From contig JBAZXV010000004.1 of the NCBI GenBank assembly GCA_041659685.1, positions 70,355 to 134,354 on the forward strand: 64,000 nt of DNA, given 5' to 3'. The notes beneath the pieces were generated by a model that searched no databases, was not told the origin of the DNA, and worked only from the letters and a program-made list of their open reading frames with translations. The translations under genes were made by a program, and so were the position numbers. Below, piece by piece: positions 29,983 to 40,010 of the stretch (the first letter of the stretch is position 1; each line of letters begins with the position of its first letter). This DNA comes from Parcubacteria group bacterium (lineage in GTDB: Bacteria > Patescibacteriota > Minisyncoccia > Moranbacterales > UBA11712).

Positions 29983-30462
29983 TCAGGCGGGAAGTGCCAA
30001 AACGCAAGCGCAGTCGGGGTGGGGCAATAAGATCGAGTTGGCATAATTAAGCAGATTCTCTGCTTTCGGGACCCTTAAGAGTTCTGACTCTGTTCTGACC
30101 AGCATTAATCTTCTGCCTTTAAATATAACGCTGGCTCCCTGATCATGATTTTCTGATTCGGGTTGCCAGCAGGCTGAAAAGAATATGCTTTTGCCTCCAT
30201 TTCGAGGGTAGTTAACCCAGTGGACAGGCAATTCGAAAGCATAGTCGAGCGCGGATTTTAAGAACAAGGACTTGTAATTCTTATTTCCGCAAACGACCGG
30301 GCCCTTATGCAGTTCGGCATGGCTTAATATAGCTCTGCCCAGTGCTGCTGCGGCCGTGAAATGATCAAGGCCGTTACCGACTTCCACCCAATAGATGCCT
30401 TTTCTTGTAGGATGGAATCCAAGATCTAGATACGGAATAATACTTTGTTGCGTCTGTGGCAT
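29983..30462 (-). CDS. Hypothetical protein
   Basis: ORF with GGGAGGT RBS before ATG 30462 and TTGACT-17-CATAAT promoter. Confidence 0.55.
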   Translation of the reverse strand: MPQTQQSIIPYLDLGFHPTRKGIYWVEVGNGLDHFTAAAALGRAILSHAELHKGPVVCGNKNYKSLFLKSALDYAFELPVHWVNYPRNGGKSIFFSACWQPESENHDQGASVIFKGRRLMLVRTESELLRVPKAENLLNYANSILLPHPDCACVLALPA

Positions 30463-30618
30463 GCTTGCCAACCTCCCGCTGTAAGGTTTTAAATGGTGCA
30501 TCCTTTTTGTTGATTAGCATTATGAACGATTGCTTGTTGTCAGTCAAACTTTGATTTTTCAATGATTACGTAATTATTGACAAATTAGTAAAAATCATAT
30601 ACTATTATTTTGTTTTAC

Positions 30619-30692
30619 AGCGGGGTAGAGCAGTCCGGTAGCTCGGGTGGCTCATAACCACCAGGTCGTGGGTTCAAATCCCACCCCCGCAA
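30619..30692 (+). tRNA. tRNA-Met (CAT), initiator-like
   Basis: Cloverleaf, CTCATAA loop, 1:72 mismatch, A11:U24, GGTTCAAATCC; CCA not encoded. Confidence 0.92.
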
Positions 30693-30797
30693 CAAGCGTC
30701 CGCAAATAATAACGAAGCACGAAAGTGCTAATGTTTTTATTTGATATAATTTAGAACCTCCTATACAATACTAAGCGAAAACATAACGGAGTGCTCT

Positions 30798-31475
30798 ATG
30801 GCTAAATCAAAAAAGAGAATAGAGGCGCGCAATCTAAGGAAAAAAGGCTTAAGTATAAGAGAAATTGCTGAAAAAATTGAAGTGTCCAAAAGCTCGGTAA
30901 GTATTTAGTGCGCAGATATTGAGTTAACGAAAGGACAGGCCGAAAAGCTTCACGAACAAATGGTCAAGGGCGGATATTTGGGACGGCTCAAGGGCGCGCG
31001 TATTCAAAAAGAAAATAAGCGACGGAAGATAAGGTATTTTTCCGAAAGGGGAAAACGCGATATTAAGCAGATAAAAAAACGAGAGTTATTTATCGCCGGA
31101 CTCGCTTTATACTGGGGTGAAGGAAGTAAAAAAGATCCGAGAGTAAGGTTTTATAACTCCGATCCGGAGATTGTCAGGTTCATAATGAAATGGTTCAGAA
31201 ATATTTTGAATGTTGCGGAAGATAGATTTATAATGTATGTCACAATAAACAGGATTCACAATGATAGGCTGGATGATGTGAATAAATACTGGTCTGAAAA
31301 AACCAACATATCGATCGGGCAATTCAGAAAACCTATTCTCATAAAAGCAAAAAATGAAAAGATTTACGATAATCATTTTCAACACTACGGAACTCTGTGC
31401 GTAAGGATTGCAAAAAGTTCAAGTTTATTCTATCAAATCATGGGTTGGCTGGAGGCTCTTGGCAAAACGAAGTAA
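30798..31475 (+). pseudogene. HTH plus LAGLIDADG-like protein with in-frame TAG at 30906-30908
   Basis: MAKSKKRIEARNLRKKGLSIREIAEKIEVSKSSVSI*CADI continues in frame into IAGLALYWGEGSK..FYNSDP. Confidence 0.75.
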
Positions 31476-31482
31476 AAATTTT

Positions 31483-31556
31483 GGCAGGGTAGCTCAGCCG
31501 GTTAGAGCGCGGGTATCATAAACCTGAGGTCGCGAGTTCGAGTCTCGCCCCTGCTA
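31483..31556 (+). tRNA. tRNA with CAT anticodon, probably elongator Met (Ile2 not excluded)
   Basis: GGCAGGG/CCCTGCT acceptor, TAGCTCAG, ATCATAA loop, GTTCGAGTC. Confidence 0.88.
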
Positions 31557-31645
31557 CAAATACAAAAATTGAAGAATGTGAGGCGTAGCTCAGTTTCTAG
31601 TGTATTAGTAGGCAATCCATTTAAAATAACAAATTTATATAATTT

Positions 31646-31719
31646 GGGGGCGTAGCTCAGTTGGTTAGAGCGTCTGCCTGTCACGCAGAAGGTCGCCGGT
31701 TCGAGCCCGGTCGTCCCCG
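31646..31719 (+). tRNA. tRNA-Asp (GTC)
   Basis: TCTGC-CTGTCAC-GCAGA anticodon arm, G discriminator. Confidence 0.95.
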
Positions 31720-31860
31720 CATCATTTTTGAGGCTTATTTATGGCCTCTTTTTTGATAGAGATAAGGAACTACGGACATTGTCTTTACAAAACGTCAGTG
31801 TCCTGCTAATTTTCCAGTATTCTTAAATACAAGGGTCAGCAGACCAAAGGGAGGAAAACT

Positions 31861-32367
31861 TTGCCAGTACTTACAAGTGAAATCCAAGGCGAACGGAAAA
31901 GGCTGAAGAAAAAGATCCAGCGTCAACGTCCTCAAAGTGACTTGCGCTGGTTCCATGGAGTTCTCCATGACTTTGGTCCTCGGAGAAGCGTGGGATCCGG
32001 TACTATCCACGGCTTCGGCACTTTGAGAGTTAGGACGAACCTTACCGAACCCCAGCCTCTTCCGGGTGTCAAGATGCTGCCGAAAGACGGAGGCACGACA
32101 CGTTTTTTCAGTGAGGTTAATCCGCCCAGATTCCACTATCCGCCGGCGGAGGAATTCCGCTCACGCGCCGCTTTTGTGATCAGGCAACCGGTGAAGATTC
32201 CAGTCAGTATCAGGTATGCCGACCTTCCACGGGCATTTGATCTTGATGGTGAGTGCTTTGATTGCCATCATTATCCCAACTACGCGCAGGAGCGCAATAC
32301 TATCGATCGCGGCCGCATGCAAGTCATCATTTGCAGCGCTTGCGGCAAGGCCCAGAGGCCTCGTTAA
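31861..32367 (+). CDS. Hypothetical protein with C-terminal CxxC...CxxC zinc ribbon
   Basis: GGGAGG RBS before TTG; CFDC and CSAC. Confidence 0.55.
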   Translation: MPVLTSEIQGERKRLKKKIQRQRPQSDLRWFHGVLHDFGPRRSVGSGTIHGFGTLRVRTNLTEPQPLPGVKMLPKDGGTTRFFSEVNPPRFHYPPAEEFRSRAAFVIRQPVKIPVSIRYADLPRAFDLDGECFDCHHYPNYAQERNTIDRGRMQVIICSACGKAQRPR

Positions 32368-32575
32368 CAACGAGGTTAAGCATCAATAATTTTTGCGGGG
32401 GGACCGACGAAGTCGGTTCCCTCGCCCAGCAGTTTTGATTCCTACGATGGGATTTTTTTATTTCATCAACACTTTTATCTTATCAATAGTCATGGAAAGG
32501 CTCTCCCTGTTATTCAACATACTGGTCGAAAGCTGTTTCAAAAGTTTTCCTGCCGTATTTCACAATTTCCGTCAA

Positions 32576-32610
32576 TAACAAAAGCACTCCAACGAGGAGT
32601 GCTTTTGTTA
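32576..32610. terminator. Bidirectional intrinsic terminator
   Basis: TAACAAAAGCACTCC-AACGA-GGAGTGCTTTTGTTA. Confidence 0.75.
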
Positions 32611-32616
32611 TCCTTC

Positions 32617-32853
32617 CTACTTCTCCTCTTTTTCTTCCTTCATTTCTTCCGGCATTTTGTCGATCATATCTTTCATCTCCCGGATGAATGAAAGCTTGGC
32701 CTCAAGCATCTTTTCCTTCTTTCTGAGCATTGCCCCCATAAAATCCTTTTTCATCTTCTTCGGCCACTGATGCCCGTGACCCATGCATCCCATCCAGCCT
32801 TCTCCCGATTCCATCTCTTCGCCCTCTTCGCCGCTTTGATATTCTTTGTACAT
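32617..32853 (-). CDS. Small Met/Glu/Lys-rich hypothetical protein
   Basis: MYKEYQ..GCMGHGH..coiled coil; followed by terminator. Confidence 0.6.
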   Translation of the reverse strand: MYKEYQSGEEGEEMESGEGWMGCMGHGHQWPKKMKKDFMGAMLRKKEKMLEAKLSFIREMKDMIDKMPEEMKEEKEEK

Positions 32854-33046
32854 AGTTTTAAAAAATATTATTAAAATCTTCGACCTTTCGTAATTATGAT
32901 TACGAAAGAAAAAATTTTTTGTTTCAGAAAAATATTTCTTGAGAAATTGCCGGGTTGGTGATAGCATTACTCTGTTTGCAGATAAGGCGTGAACCCTTCC
33001 TAACATCTAATGTTAGGAAAACGCCAGAAGGCTAATAAAGAAAACA

Positions 33047-34045
33047 ATGAATCTCTCAAAAATTGAGGAAATTTTCAAAAATGAGCCGGCTTTTCGCCTC
33101 GCGCAAGCGCGCAAGGCGGTTTTTCATGATTTGATTAAAGACTGGAACGAGGCGACGACGCTTTCGAAAAATATCCGTGAAAAACTGCAAAAAGTTGCGC
33201 CTCTCGAAATCAAAGGCGAAATGTTTTCTTCAAAAGACGGCCGCACGGTGAAGGCGGCGATGAAACTCGAAGACGGACTCACCGTTGAAACGGTGCTCAT
33301 GAAACACACCGGCAAGCGCAATACGATTTGCGTTTCTTCGCAGGTTGGCTGTCCGTTGGGATGTTTGTTTTGTGTGACGGGTTCCATGGGATTCAAAAGA
33401 AATCTCACCGCATCCGAAATTCTCGATCAGGTACTGTTTTTTGCGCGAAAACTAAAAAATACTGATGAGAAGATAACCAACATCGTTTTCATGGGCATGG
33501 GCGAGCCCTTTCTCAATTGGGAAAACGTGAAAAAAGCCGTTGAAATTCTGAATGATCCGAATTCCTTCGGCATCGGAGCGCGAAAAATTTCTGTTTCAAC
33601 GGCCGGCATCACAGAGGGTATTGAAAAATTGGCCGAGGAATTTCCGCAAAGCAATTTGGCCATTTCGCTCCATGCGCCGGATGATTTGCTCCGCTCGGAG
33701 ATCATGCCGGTGAACAAAAAATATCCGCTTCAAAAAATATTCAAGGCAGTGGATGAGTATATCGCCAAAACCAACCGCAAAGTCATGTTTGAATATGTCA
33801 TGCTGAGTGGCGTGAATGATTCCGAAAAGCAGGCCGAAGAACTGGCGAAATTACTAAAAAAACCTTTATATATGCTTAATCTCATTGCCTATAACCCGAA
33901 TGGAAAATTTGAATCGTCCTCGCCCGAGAAAATCCTGAAATTCAAAAATATTTTGGAAAAAGCCGGAATTTTCACCACTCAAAGATACCGCTTCGGGACG
34001 GACATTGAAGCGGCTTGCGGGCAGTTGGCCCACAGAAAGAGATAG
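33047..34045 (+). CDS. rlmN: 23S rRNA A2503 C2-methyltransferase RlmN
   Basis: CVSSQVGCPLGCLFC, MGMGEP, SLHAP, AACGQL. Confidence 0.95.
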   Translation: MNLSKIEEIFKNEPAFRLAQARKAVFHDLIKDWNEATTLSKNIREKLQKVAPLEIKGEMFSSKDGRTVKAAMKLEDGLTVETVLMKHTGKRNTICVSSQVGCPLGCLFCVTGSMGFKRNLTASEILDQVLFFARKLKNTDEKITNIVFMGMGEPFLNWENVKKAVEILNDPNSFGIGARKISVSTAGITEGIEKLAEEFPQSNLAISLHAPDDLLRSEIMPVNKKYPLQKIFKAVDEYIAKTNRKVMFEYVMLSGVNDSEKQAEELAKLLKKPLYMLNLIAYNPNGKFESSSPEKILKFKNILEKAGIFTTQRYRFGTDIEAACGQLAHRKR

Positions 34046-34112
34046 TCTATTCGAAAGAATCGAAAAAGAACCCGTCGAACGGGCTCTTTTTGCTATTCAT
34101 TATATTCCAAGC

Positions 34113-34511
34113 TTACTCTGTCGTTTTTCCGTCGAACTCATCCGTTTTATCGTTCATGGCGTCCTCTTTTGTGGCGTGGACGACTCCGTCCCGGTGTTCA
34201 GGCGGGGAATAAACTGTATAAAGCCTCATCGGAGAATCAAGCGAGGTATTGATGATGTTGTGCTTTGTTCCGGCCGGAATGACAATTGCGAAATCATCTT
34301 CAATTTCGTGATCTATATCATCAAGAACGGCTTTTCCTTTCCCTTCCTCTATCCTGATGAACTGATCGAGCGCGTGCGTTTCTTCGCCGATTTCTTCATT
34401 GGGCTTGAGAGTCATCACCACTAGCTGGCTGTTTTTGGCTGTATAAAGAACTTTTCGGAAATTCTCGTTTTCCCTGGTTTCTTTTTCTATGTTGGCGACA
34501 TAGCCTTTCAT
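34113..34511 (-). CDS. Cupin domain protein
   Basis: FRKVLYT, IGEETH..DQF, IPAGTKHN, YSPPEH. Confidence 0.9.
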   Translation of the reverse strand: MKGYVANIEKETRENENFRKVLYTAKNSQLVVMTLKPNEEIGEETHALDQFIRIEEGKGKAVLDDIDHEIEDDFAIVIPAGTKHNIINTSLDSPMRLYTVYSPPEHRDGVVHATKEDAMNDKTDEFDGKTTE

Positions 34512-34653
34512 ATTTTCATCTTAATGCTTATACTAATAATATAACATACAAAAGCAATTTTTCTTTCATTGATTCTTTTCCGGTAAATATTTTCCCGTAT
34601 TAATGACAAAAAAAGAAGAGTATATTCGCAAAGAGAATAATTAATTGTTTGAT

Positions 34654-35250
34654 ATGATTAAAGCCATTATATTCGATCTCTCGGAAGTATATTTGCGCGG
34701 CCTTTTGGGGACGCACGAAATATTGACAAAGAGGCTCAAGAAAAAAATTGAATCAACGGAACTTCTCACTAAGGATACAAAAAAATTTTTCGAGGGGAAG
34801 ATGACGGAAGATGAATTTTGGCGGACTCTTCGAAACAAGAGCAAATGGGATATCCGGGTGAAAGAGCTCAAAAAAATAGTCCGCATGAATTTCGGCGAAA
34901 TCGAGGGAACTCGGGAAATTATCGAAAAACTTAAGAAAAGGGGATACAAGCTTGGATTATTGTCGGTGCACACCAGGGAATGGGTTGCGCATTGTGAAAA
35001 AAGGTTTGATTACCACAGGCTTTTTCATTCAATAATGTATTCTTTCGAAGCGGCTGTCTGCAAGCCGGAAAGAAAAGCCTATGAGCTCATACTTGAGAAA
35101 ATAAATTCCGAGCCCGGGGACTGTCTTTTTATCGACGATAATCTGGAAAATCTCGTAGCGGCGGAAAAATTAGGGATAAAAACCATTCATTTCAAATCAG
35201 CCGTCCAGCTGAAAAGAGATTTAAAGAAGATGGGCGTAAAAATCAAGTAA
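34654..35250 (+). CDS. HAD-superfamily hydrolase
   Basis: IIFDLSEV, LLS, KP, FIDD..EN. Confidence 0.85.
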   Translation: MIKAIIFDLSEVYLRGLLGTHEILTKRLKKKIESTELLTKDTKKFFEGKMTEDEFWRTLRNKSKWDIRVKELKKIVRMNFGEIEGTREIIEKLKKRGYKLGLLSVHTREWVAHCEKRFDYHRLFHSIMYSFEAAVCKPERKAYELILEKINSEPGDCLFIDDNLENLVAAEKLGIKTIHFKSAVQLKRDLKKMGVKIK

Positions 35251-35398
35251 AATCTTTATCCGCCTTAGCGTAAAATCACAAGAAGTTCAAGTTCGGGGGT
35301 TTCGTTTTCTGTTGAAAACAGGGGATTGCCGGTTGCTAAAATGAAAAAGGGACAGCTTGCGGGCCGCCCCTTTTTTTGACAGTTTCAGCTCCCTTGAA

Positions 35399-36232
35399 TT
35401 AGTGTGTGTAAAATCGCACGCTCAAAAGAGCCGTCAAGATCATGGCGATTCCGCCGTCCATCCATACGAACTTTGGAGCCACGTTAACCCCTTGCAAAGA
35501 TTTGATGGCAAACCAGGCAAGCCATCCCGTCCCTCCTAAGAATAAAATCCAGACAATTGCTGATTGAGGCGCATACTTCAGTGAATATAAAAACATACAT
35601 ATAGCCACAATCAGTGCTCCTCCTCCAATTTTCGTGGTTGCGATGATGCCAAGCTTCATAACCATAGTAAATCTCTCCCCCTTGTTGGCCTCGCGATCAA
35701 CTGTATCCTTAAACACCTCGCGAGTGAGGTATGTAAAGAATGCAGCGATAATCACAGGAATCACAATAGGGTTGAGGTGATGACCCGAGAACCATCCCAT
35801 CAGTAATGGCGTTATGCACACCAAAGCAATTGAGATATTCTTCCAGGGCCAATATTGGTCCAGGAATTTGGCATACAAAAACATAATCGTGACCGCATTC
35901 AAAATTGCGATTATGATGCAGGCCGCCGGCAAAAAGACCGCAGAAATCAGTATTGAGATCGCGAAACCGACTGCTCCGGCGCAAAGCACCTGCCTCGGAT
36001 TTTTTATGTATACCGGATCCCAATGCTTCTTGGCATAAACCTTTCGGCAACGGCCGTAGTGCCATACGCTTGCGCCCCAAATTGAAAAAAACATTGATAT
36101 ACCCGCCGCCGCCTTTGTCATTGTGAACCAAGCTGGGCCGTCGGAAAGTAATGCAATGATGTAGGAGGCAAAACCCCCCAAAGCGCACTGAGTCAATCTG
36201 GATATTTTTCTCCAGTATTTAAATGTACTCAC
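35399..36232 (-). CDS. UbiA prenyltransferase-like membrane protein (first Asp motif degenerate)
   Basis: Multi-TM; LYAKFL..KN, REVFKDTVDREAN..T. Confidence 0.65.
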   Translation of the reverse strand: MSTFKYWRKISRLTQCALGGFASYIIALLSDGPAWFTMTKAAAGISMFFSIWGASVWHYGRCRKVYAKKHWDPVYIKNPRQVLCAGAVGFAISILISAVFLPAACIIIAILNAVTIMFLYAKFLDQYWPWKNISIALVCITPLLMGWFSGHHLNPIVIPVIIAAFFTYLTREVFKDTVDREANKGERFTMVMKLGIIATTKIGGGALIVAICMFLYSLKYAPQSAIVWILFLGGTGWLAWFAIKSLQGVNVAPKFVWMDGGIAMILTALLSVRFYTH

Positions 36233-36524
36233 GGAATTCCCCCCTTATTTTCATTGGTGTCTTAGTCTTTGTTTAGCGAAATTATTGCGGCATGTCAATC
36301 TTTTTGTTCTTTATCATATACCTACGGGGGAAATTTATGGCTCTGTTCCGGGAAATTCCATCCAAAACCGAAAAATATTTTGCGTCCGGAATTAATTTCC
36401 GTTGTATTAACAAACAGGACGCAGGGCCTGAATCAAAAACGGATTTTGTGCTATAATCCAAAAGTAAAAATAAACGCTTCACTCGACAATAAAAATCGGT
36501 AGTCAAAAAGAATCAAATGTTTTT

Positions 36525-37955
36525 ATGGAGGATCAATCTCATTCCGGGAAGGACAGGAACATAATAAAAATAATAAAGAGGTATCTTACCCTTAAAATAA
36601 CATTAGCCATTATTCTGGCAGTGGCGATCACAGGAACCGCTTTTCTTTTTTTGTATGCCAAAAATCACAAGGGGATGATCGGAGTGAAAGCGCTTTCGGC
36701 CATAAGTTCGATTTCCAAATTCCTGCCGATTCCTCAAGACGAACAGAAGGAAATTGATGTGCTTAACGAACTGGTCGGAGAATTTTCGAAAAACGACGAC
36801 AAAGAGAGGGTTTTTCTCGTTCTCCTTCAGAATAATATGGAATTGCGCCCCGGAGGGGGATTCCTCGGCCAGTATGCCGTCATAAAGATAAAAAACAGAG
36901 AGGTGACATCAACATTTCTTGAAGATGCCAACCTGCTTGACCGGAGAATTACCGCCAAGGTTGCTCCCCCTTATCCGCTGAAGCGAATGATGCAAATAAA
37001 GAGATGGAAGTTCAGGGACTCGAATTTTTCGCCTGATTTTCCGGCCAACGCCGAAAAGGCCAAATATTTTCTTGGTCTTGGCGGGCAAGCCGGAAAATTC
37101 GACGGCGTGATTGCCGTTAATGCCCAGGTCTTCAATGATATACTTGCAATTACCGGGCCTGTTTCCGTCCCCGGCTATTCCCAGACATTTACCGGTTCAG
37201 ACGGAGCCTTGAAGCTTGAAGAACTGGTGGAGAAGCAATATATTATTGATCCGGAGCTCGACACTGAGAATCGGAAAATGATAATGAAAAAAATGGCGCC
37301 CATAATAATTTCCAAATTGACCGCTCTCAATAATATTCCCAAAATTGCTAATTTTGTTCACTCCGAATTCAAAAATAGGAATATCATGGTTAATTTCGAA
37401 GATTCAAATCTCCAGTCGCTTGCCGAAAGCGTTCATTGGGACGGAAGCGTGGCGGATGACTGGGGATCGGACTATTTGATGACGGTTGACGCCAACATGG
37501 GATCCCTGAAGACTGATTATTATATTAAACGGGAAATCTCCTACGATGTTGATTTTACGGCGCAAAAACCGATTGTGACTCTTCATATCCTGTATAAAAA
37601 TACGGCATCTCAGGCTGACTGGCGCACGAGCGATTATCATACTTATCTTCGCGTTTATGCGCCGGAAGGATCAAATCTTCTTGAAAAGAAGATGGCATCC
37701 AGTCTGACTGACGGAAACGAGTTCGGGAAAAAATATTTCGGTTTCATTGTGCATGCCACGATTGCGAATCAGACTGACGTGATGATAAAATATGAACTGC
37801 CGGAGCAGCTAAACAATGCTGATTACCGCCTGCTCATTCAGAAGCAATCCGGAGCCGGGGATGTGCCGGTCAAGGTTCATTTGAAAACGGAAAACGGGGA
37901 ATTTAACCAGGAGCAGACACTGAGCAGTGATCTGAAATTCCAGTTTGAGAATTAG
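36525..37955 (+). CDS. DUF4012-like membrane-anchored protein
   Basis: N-terminal TM; LLQNNMELRPGGGF, RDSNFSPDFP, DGVIAVN, DANMG..KTD, YLRVY.P, QKQSG. Confidence 0.8.
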   Translation: MEDQSHSGKDRNIIKIIKRYLTLKITLAIILAVAITGTAFLFLYAKNHKGMIGVKALSAISSISKFLPIPQDEQKEIDVLNELVGEFSKNDDKERVFLVLLQNNMELRPGGGFLGQYAVIKIKNREVTSTFLEDANLLDRRITAKVAPPYPLKRMMQIKRWKFRDSNFSPDFPANAEKAKYFLGLGGQAGKFDGVIAVNAQVFNDILAITGPVSVPGYSQTFTGSDGALKLEELVEKQYIIDPELDTENRKMIMKKMAPIIISKLTALNNIPKIANFVHSEFKNRNIMVNFEDSNLQSLAESVHWDGSVADDWGSDYLMTVDANMGSLKTDYYIKREISYDVDFTAQKPIVTLHILYKNTASQADWRTSDYHTYLRVYAPEGSNLLEKKMASSLTDGNEFGKKYFGFIVHATIANQTDVMIKYELPEQLNNADYRLLIQKQSGAGDVPVKVHLKTENGEFNQEQTLSSDLKFQFEN

Positions 37956-38209
37956 CGCGGTGAAGATTCGGAAGAGAAAGAATAATAAGTTATCCAGAAC
38001 AATATTTATCCCCCTCTGCAGAAAACCATGAGCGTAAACTCGGGGAGCTCCATATTCAAAACAGCCGGATCCGGCTGGCTTATCGCGCAGATCAGCCGCC
38101 GGGTTTTTTGATTTTTTCTTCCGGAGACAGTATATTTTAGTTAGGGAAGTGAAATTTTTCTGACTTAAAAAATCGGAAAAAATAAAAAATACAGCGAGGA
38201 GGACATTCG

Positions 38210-39031
38210 GTGACAAAAGCTCTGGTGGTTGGTTCGGGCGCTATGTTCGGCGCCTACGGCGCCGGAGTTACTGCCGAATTGGGCAGGCAATTGGGATCAG
38301 AATACTTTGATTCCATATATGCATCTTCAGTTGGTGTGTATGCCGCTTCTTTTTTTGCGGCCGGCCAGCATGAAGTTTGCGAGGAAACGTGGCGGCGGCA
38401 TGTTAACGGGCGAAAGCTCATCAATTTGTTTCGAATTCGGAACGCTTTGAAACTTCACTATCTCGAAAAGATCTTCCAGGACAGACGTTCTTTTTTGGAT
38501 ATTGATGCGTTATTTTGTTCCCGGGTCCGGCTCACTTATGTCTTAACGCGTTTGCAGGACGGAAAAGCTGTCTATCATATGCCGACTCATGCAAATATTT
38601 TTCGGTGCATGACAGCCTCTGCGGCGACGCCAATTCTCCACGGCGCCGTCAGGATTGGCAACGAAATGTTTTTTGACGGAGCTTTTAGCGATCCGCTTCC
38701 CGTCAAAAAGGCCCTTGAAGACGGTGCCGAACTGGTTGTTGCGGTCAGTAACAAACAGCAGGGATTCCGTATCGCAAGATCCTTTCAGGTGCTGGGGATC
38801 ATATGCAGAATCATATCAAAAACGGTATCCCGGCTCGTATGCGACTTTGAGGCTCTTGTGCGCGAAACGGAAGAGGCCTTGAATGATCCGCGCGTGATAG
38901 TTATTCGTCCATCGGCAGACCTGCCTCTCAGGAGCACGATCGACACCGACCGACGGCGTCTTAACGAAACCATTGATCTGGGTATCAAAGATGCCCGGTC
39001 AGCCCTTGAATTCATCAGAAATCACAAATAA
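38210..39031 (+). CDS. Patatin-like phospholipase
   Basis: GSGAMFGAYGAG, ASSVG, ASAATP, DGA. Confidence 0.82.
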   Translation: MTKALVVGSGAMFGAYGAGVTAELGRQLGSEYFDSIYASSVGVYAASFFAAGQHEVCEETWRRHVNGRKLINLFRIRNALKLHYLEKIFQDRRSFLDIDALFCSRVRLTYVLTRLQDGKAVYHMPTHANIFRCMTASAATPILHGAVRIGNEMFFDGAFSDPLPVKKALEDGAELVVAVSNKQQGFRIARSFQVLGIICRIISKTVSRLVCDFEALVRETEEALNDPRVIVIRPSADLPLRSTIDTDRRRLNETIDLGIKDARSALEFIRNHK

Positions 39032-39178
39032 AGGACCCGGCTTTGCGCCCGGTCCTTTAAAAAAATCACTTAGACACCGAGTGTCTAAGTAGCGGCCAAT
39101 CGCCATTTGAAAAGCGGGCGGTGCTTGGAATCCTTGAGGATTCTTCGCAACGCGCCCGCTTTGAGTTTAAGGTCGCTG

Positions 39179-39727
39179 TCAGACGGCTGATTTCGGCACC
39201 TCAGTCAGTCGGACCAATTGCTTGACAAAATCAACCTCATAAACCTGCCCCTCCGCAGACTTTAATTCCTTAATGAGTCCGGCATCCTTGAGGAGGTGAT
39301 TCGTGAATTCGCCACCGCCGAAGACAAGCAGCACTCGGGCAAGCTTAGAATCCGCAATTTTCAGCAACTCCCATAAATGAATCCAGGGGCTGAAGCATGT
39401 GGATTTGGTCAGTCCCAGGTACTCATTTCCCTGAACAAAGTCGCCCGAGGCGAGAATGCGGTCTTTGCTGTTCTTCAGGTTTGCGTCGGGAGCGCCAAGG
39501 AAGAGGGACGCCGTTCTGGTGATTCCCCCGGTGGTTCCGTAAAGATGCTCCTGGAAAAATTTGTAGACGGACAGGAATCTTTGACCGGTCCCATGGGCGA
39601 TGTGCACAAATTTAGTGCCGATGATGATGCGAAGCGGCACCAGTATCTCCCCAAGACGCTTCATGCCCTCTTCCGTCAAACCCGGGTCACCCTTCTCATA
39701 AAATCTGTCGGGGTGGGTGATAACCAA
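39179..39727 (-). CDS. Hypothetical protein, possibly histidine-phosphatase-like; start region may be frameshifted
   Basis: VITH...GLTEEG; the RBS-led TTG upstream is in another frame. Confidence 0.45.
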   Translation of the reverse strand: MVITHPDRFYEKGDPGLTEEGMKRLGEILVPLRIIIGTKFVHIAHGTGQRFLSVYKFFQEHLYGTTGGITRTASLFLGAPDANLKNSKDRILASGDFVQGNEYLGLTKSTCFSPWIHLWELLKIADSKLARVLLVFGGGEFTNHLLKDAGLIKELKSAEGQVYEVDFVKQLVRLTEVPKSAV

Positions 39728-39881
39728 AACTAGCGGCAGTCCACGTTCTTTATATGATTTCCTTCAAAACTTGTTTCCTCCTTAAATTTACTAAAATATT
39801 GAAAAAGGTGCACTTTCGGGCACGATTGCCCTAAGCTTTATATTTTATCATATTTAAGATGATATGTCAATGACAACGTAA

Positions 39882-39915
39882 TGTTGATTTATTCGCTTGA
39901 AAATAGTATATTTTA
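39882..39915 (+). promoter_or_regulatory. Sigma70-like promoter TTGATT-17-TATATT (copy 1)
   Basis: 29/34 identical to 40743-40776. Confidence 0.6.
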
Positions 39916-40010
39916 AATAGATGCAGGACGAGGTTGAATCTATGCCGAAGAAGTATTGCATGGTAATATGAGATTAAGTAAGATTCTTTTAATTTATTAA
40001 CAAAAAAACA

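Noticed and set aside
31795-32136. Minus-strand ORF as the real gene
   Set aside because: The plus-strand ORF has an RBS and paired CxxC motifs.
38021-38110. IS200/IS605-like end hairpins
   Set aside because: Imperfect palindromes only, no transposase nearby; cannot be supported.
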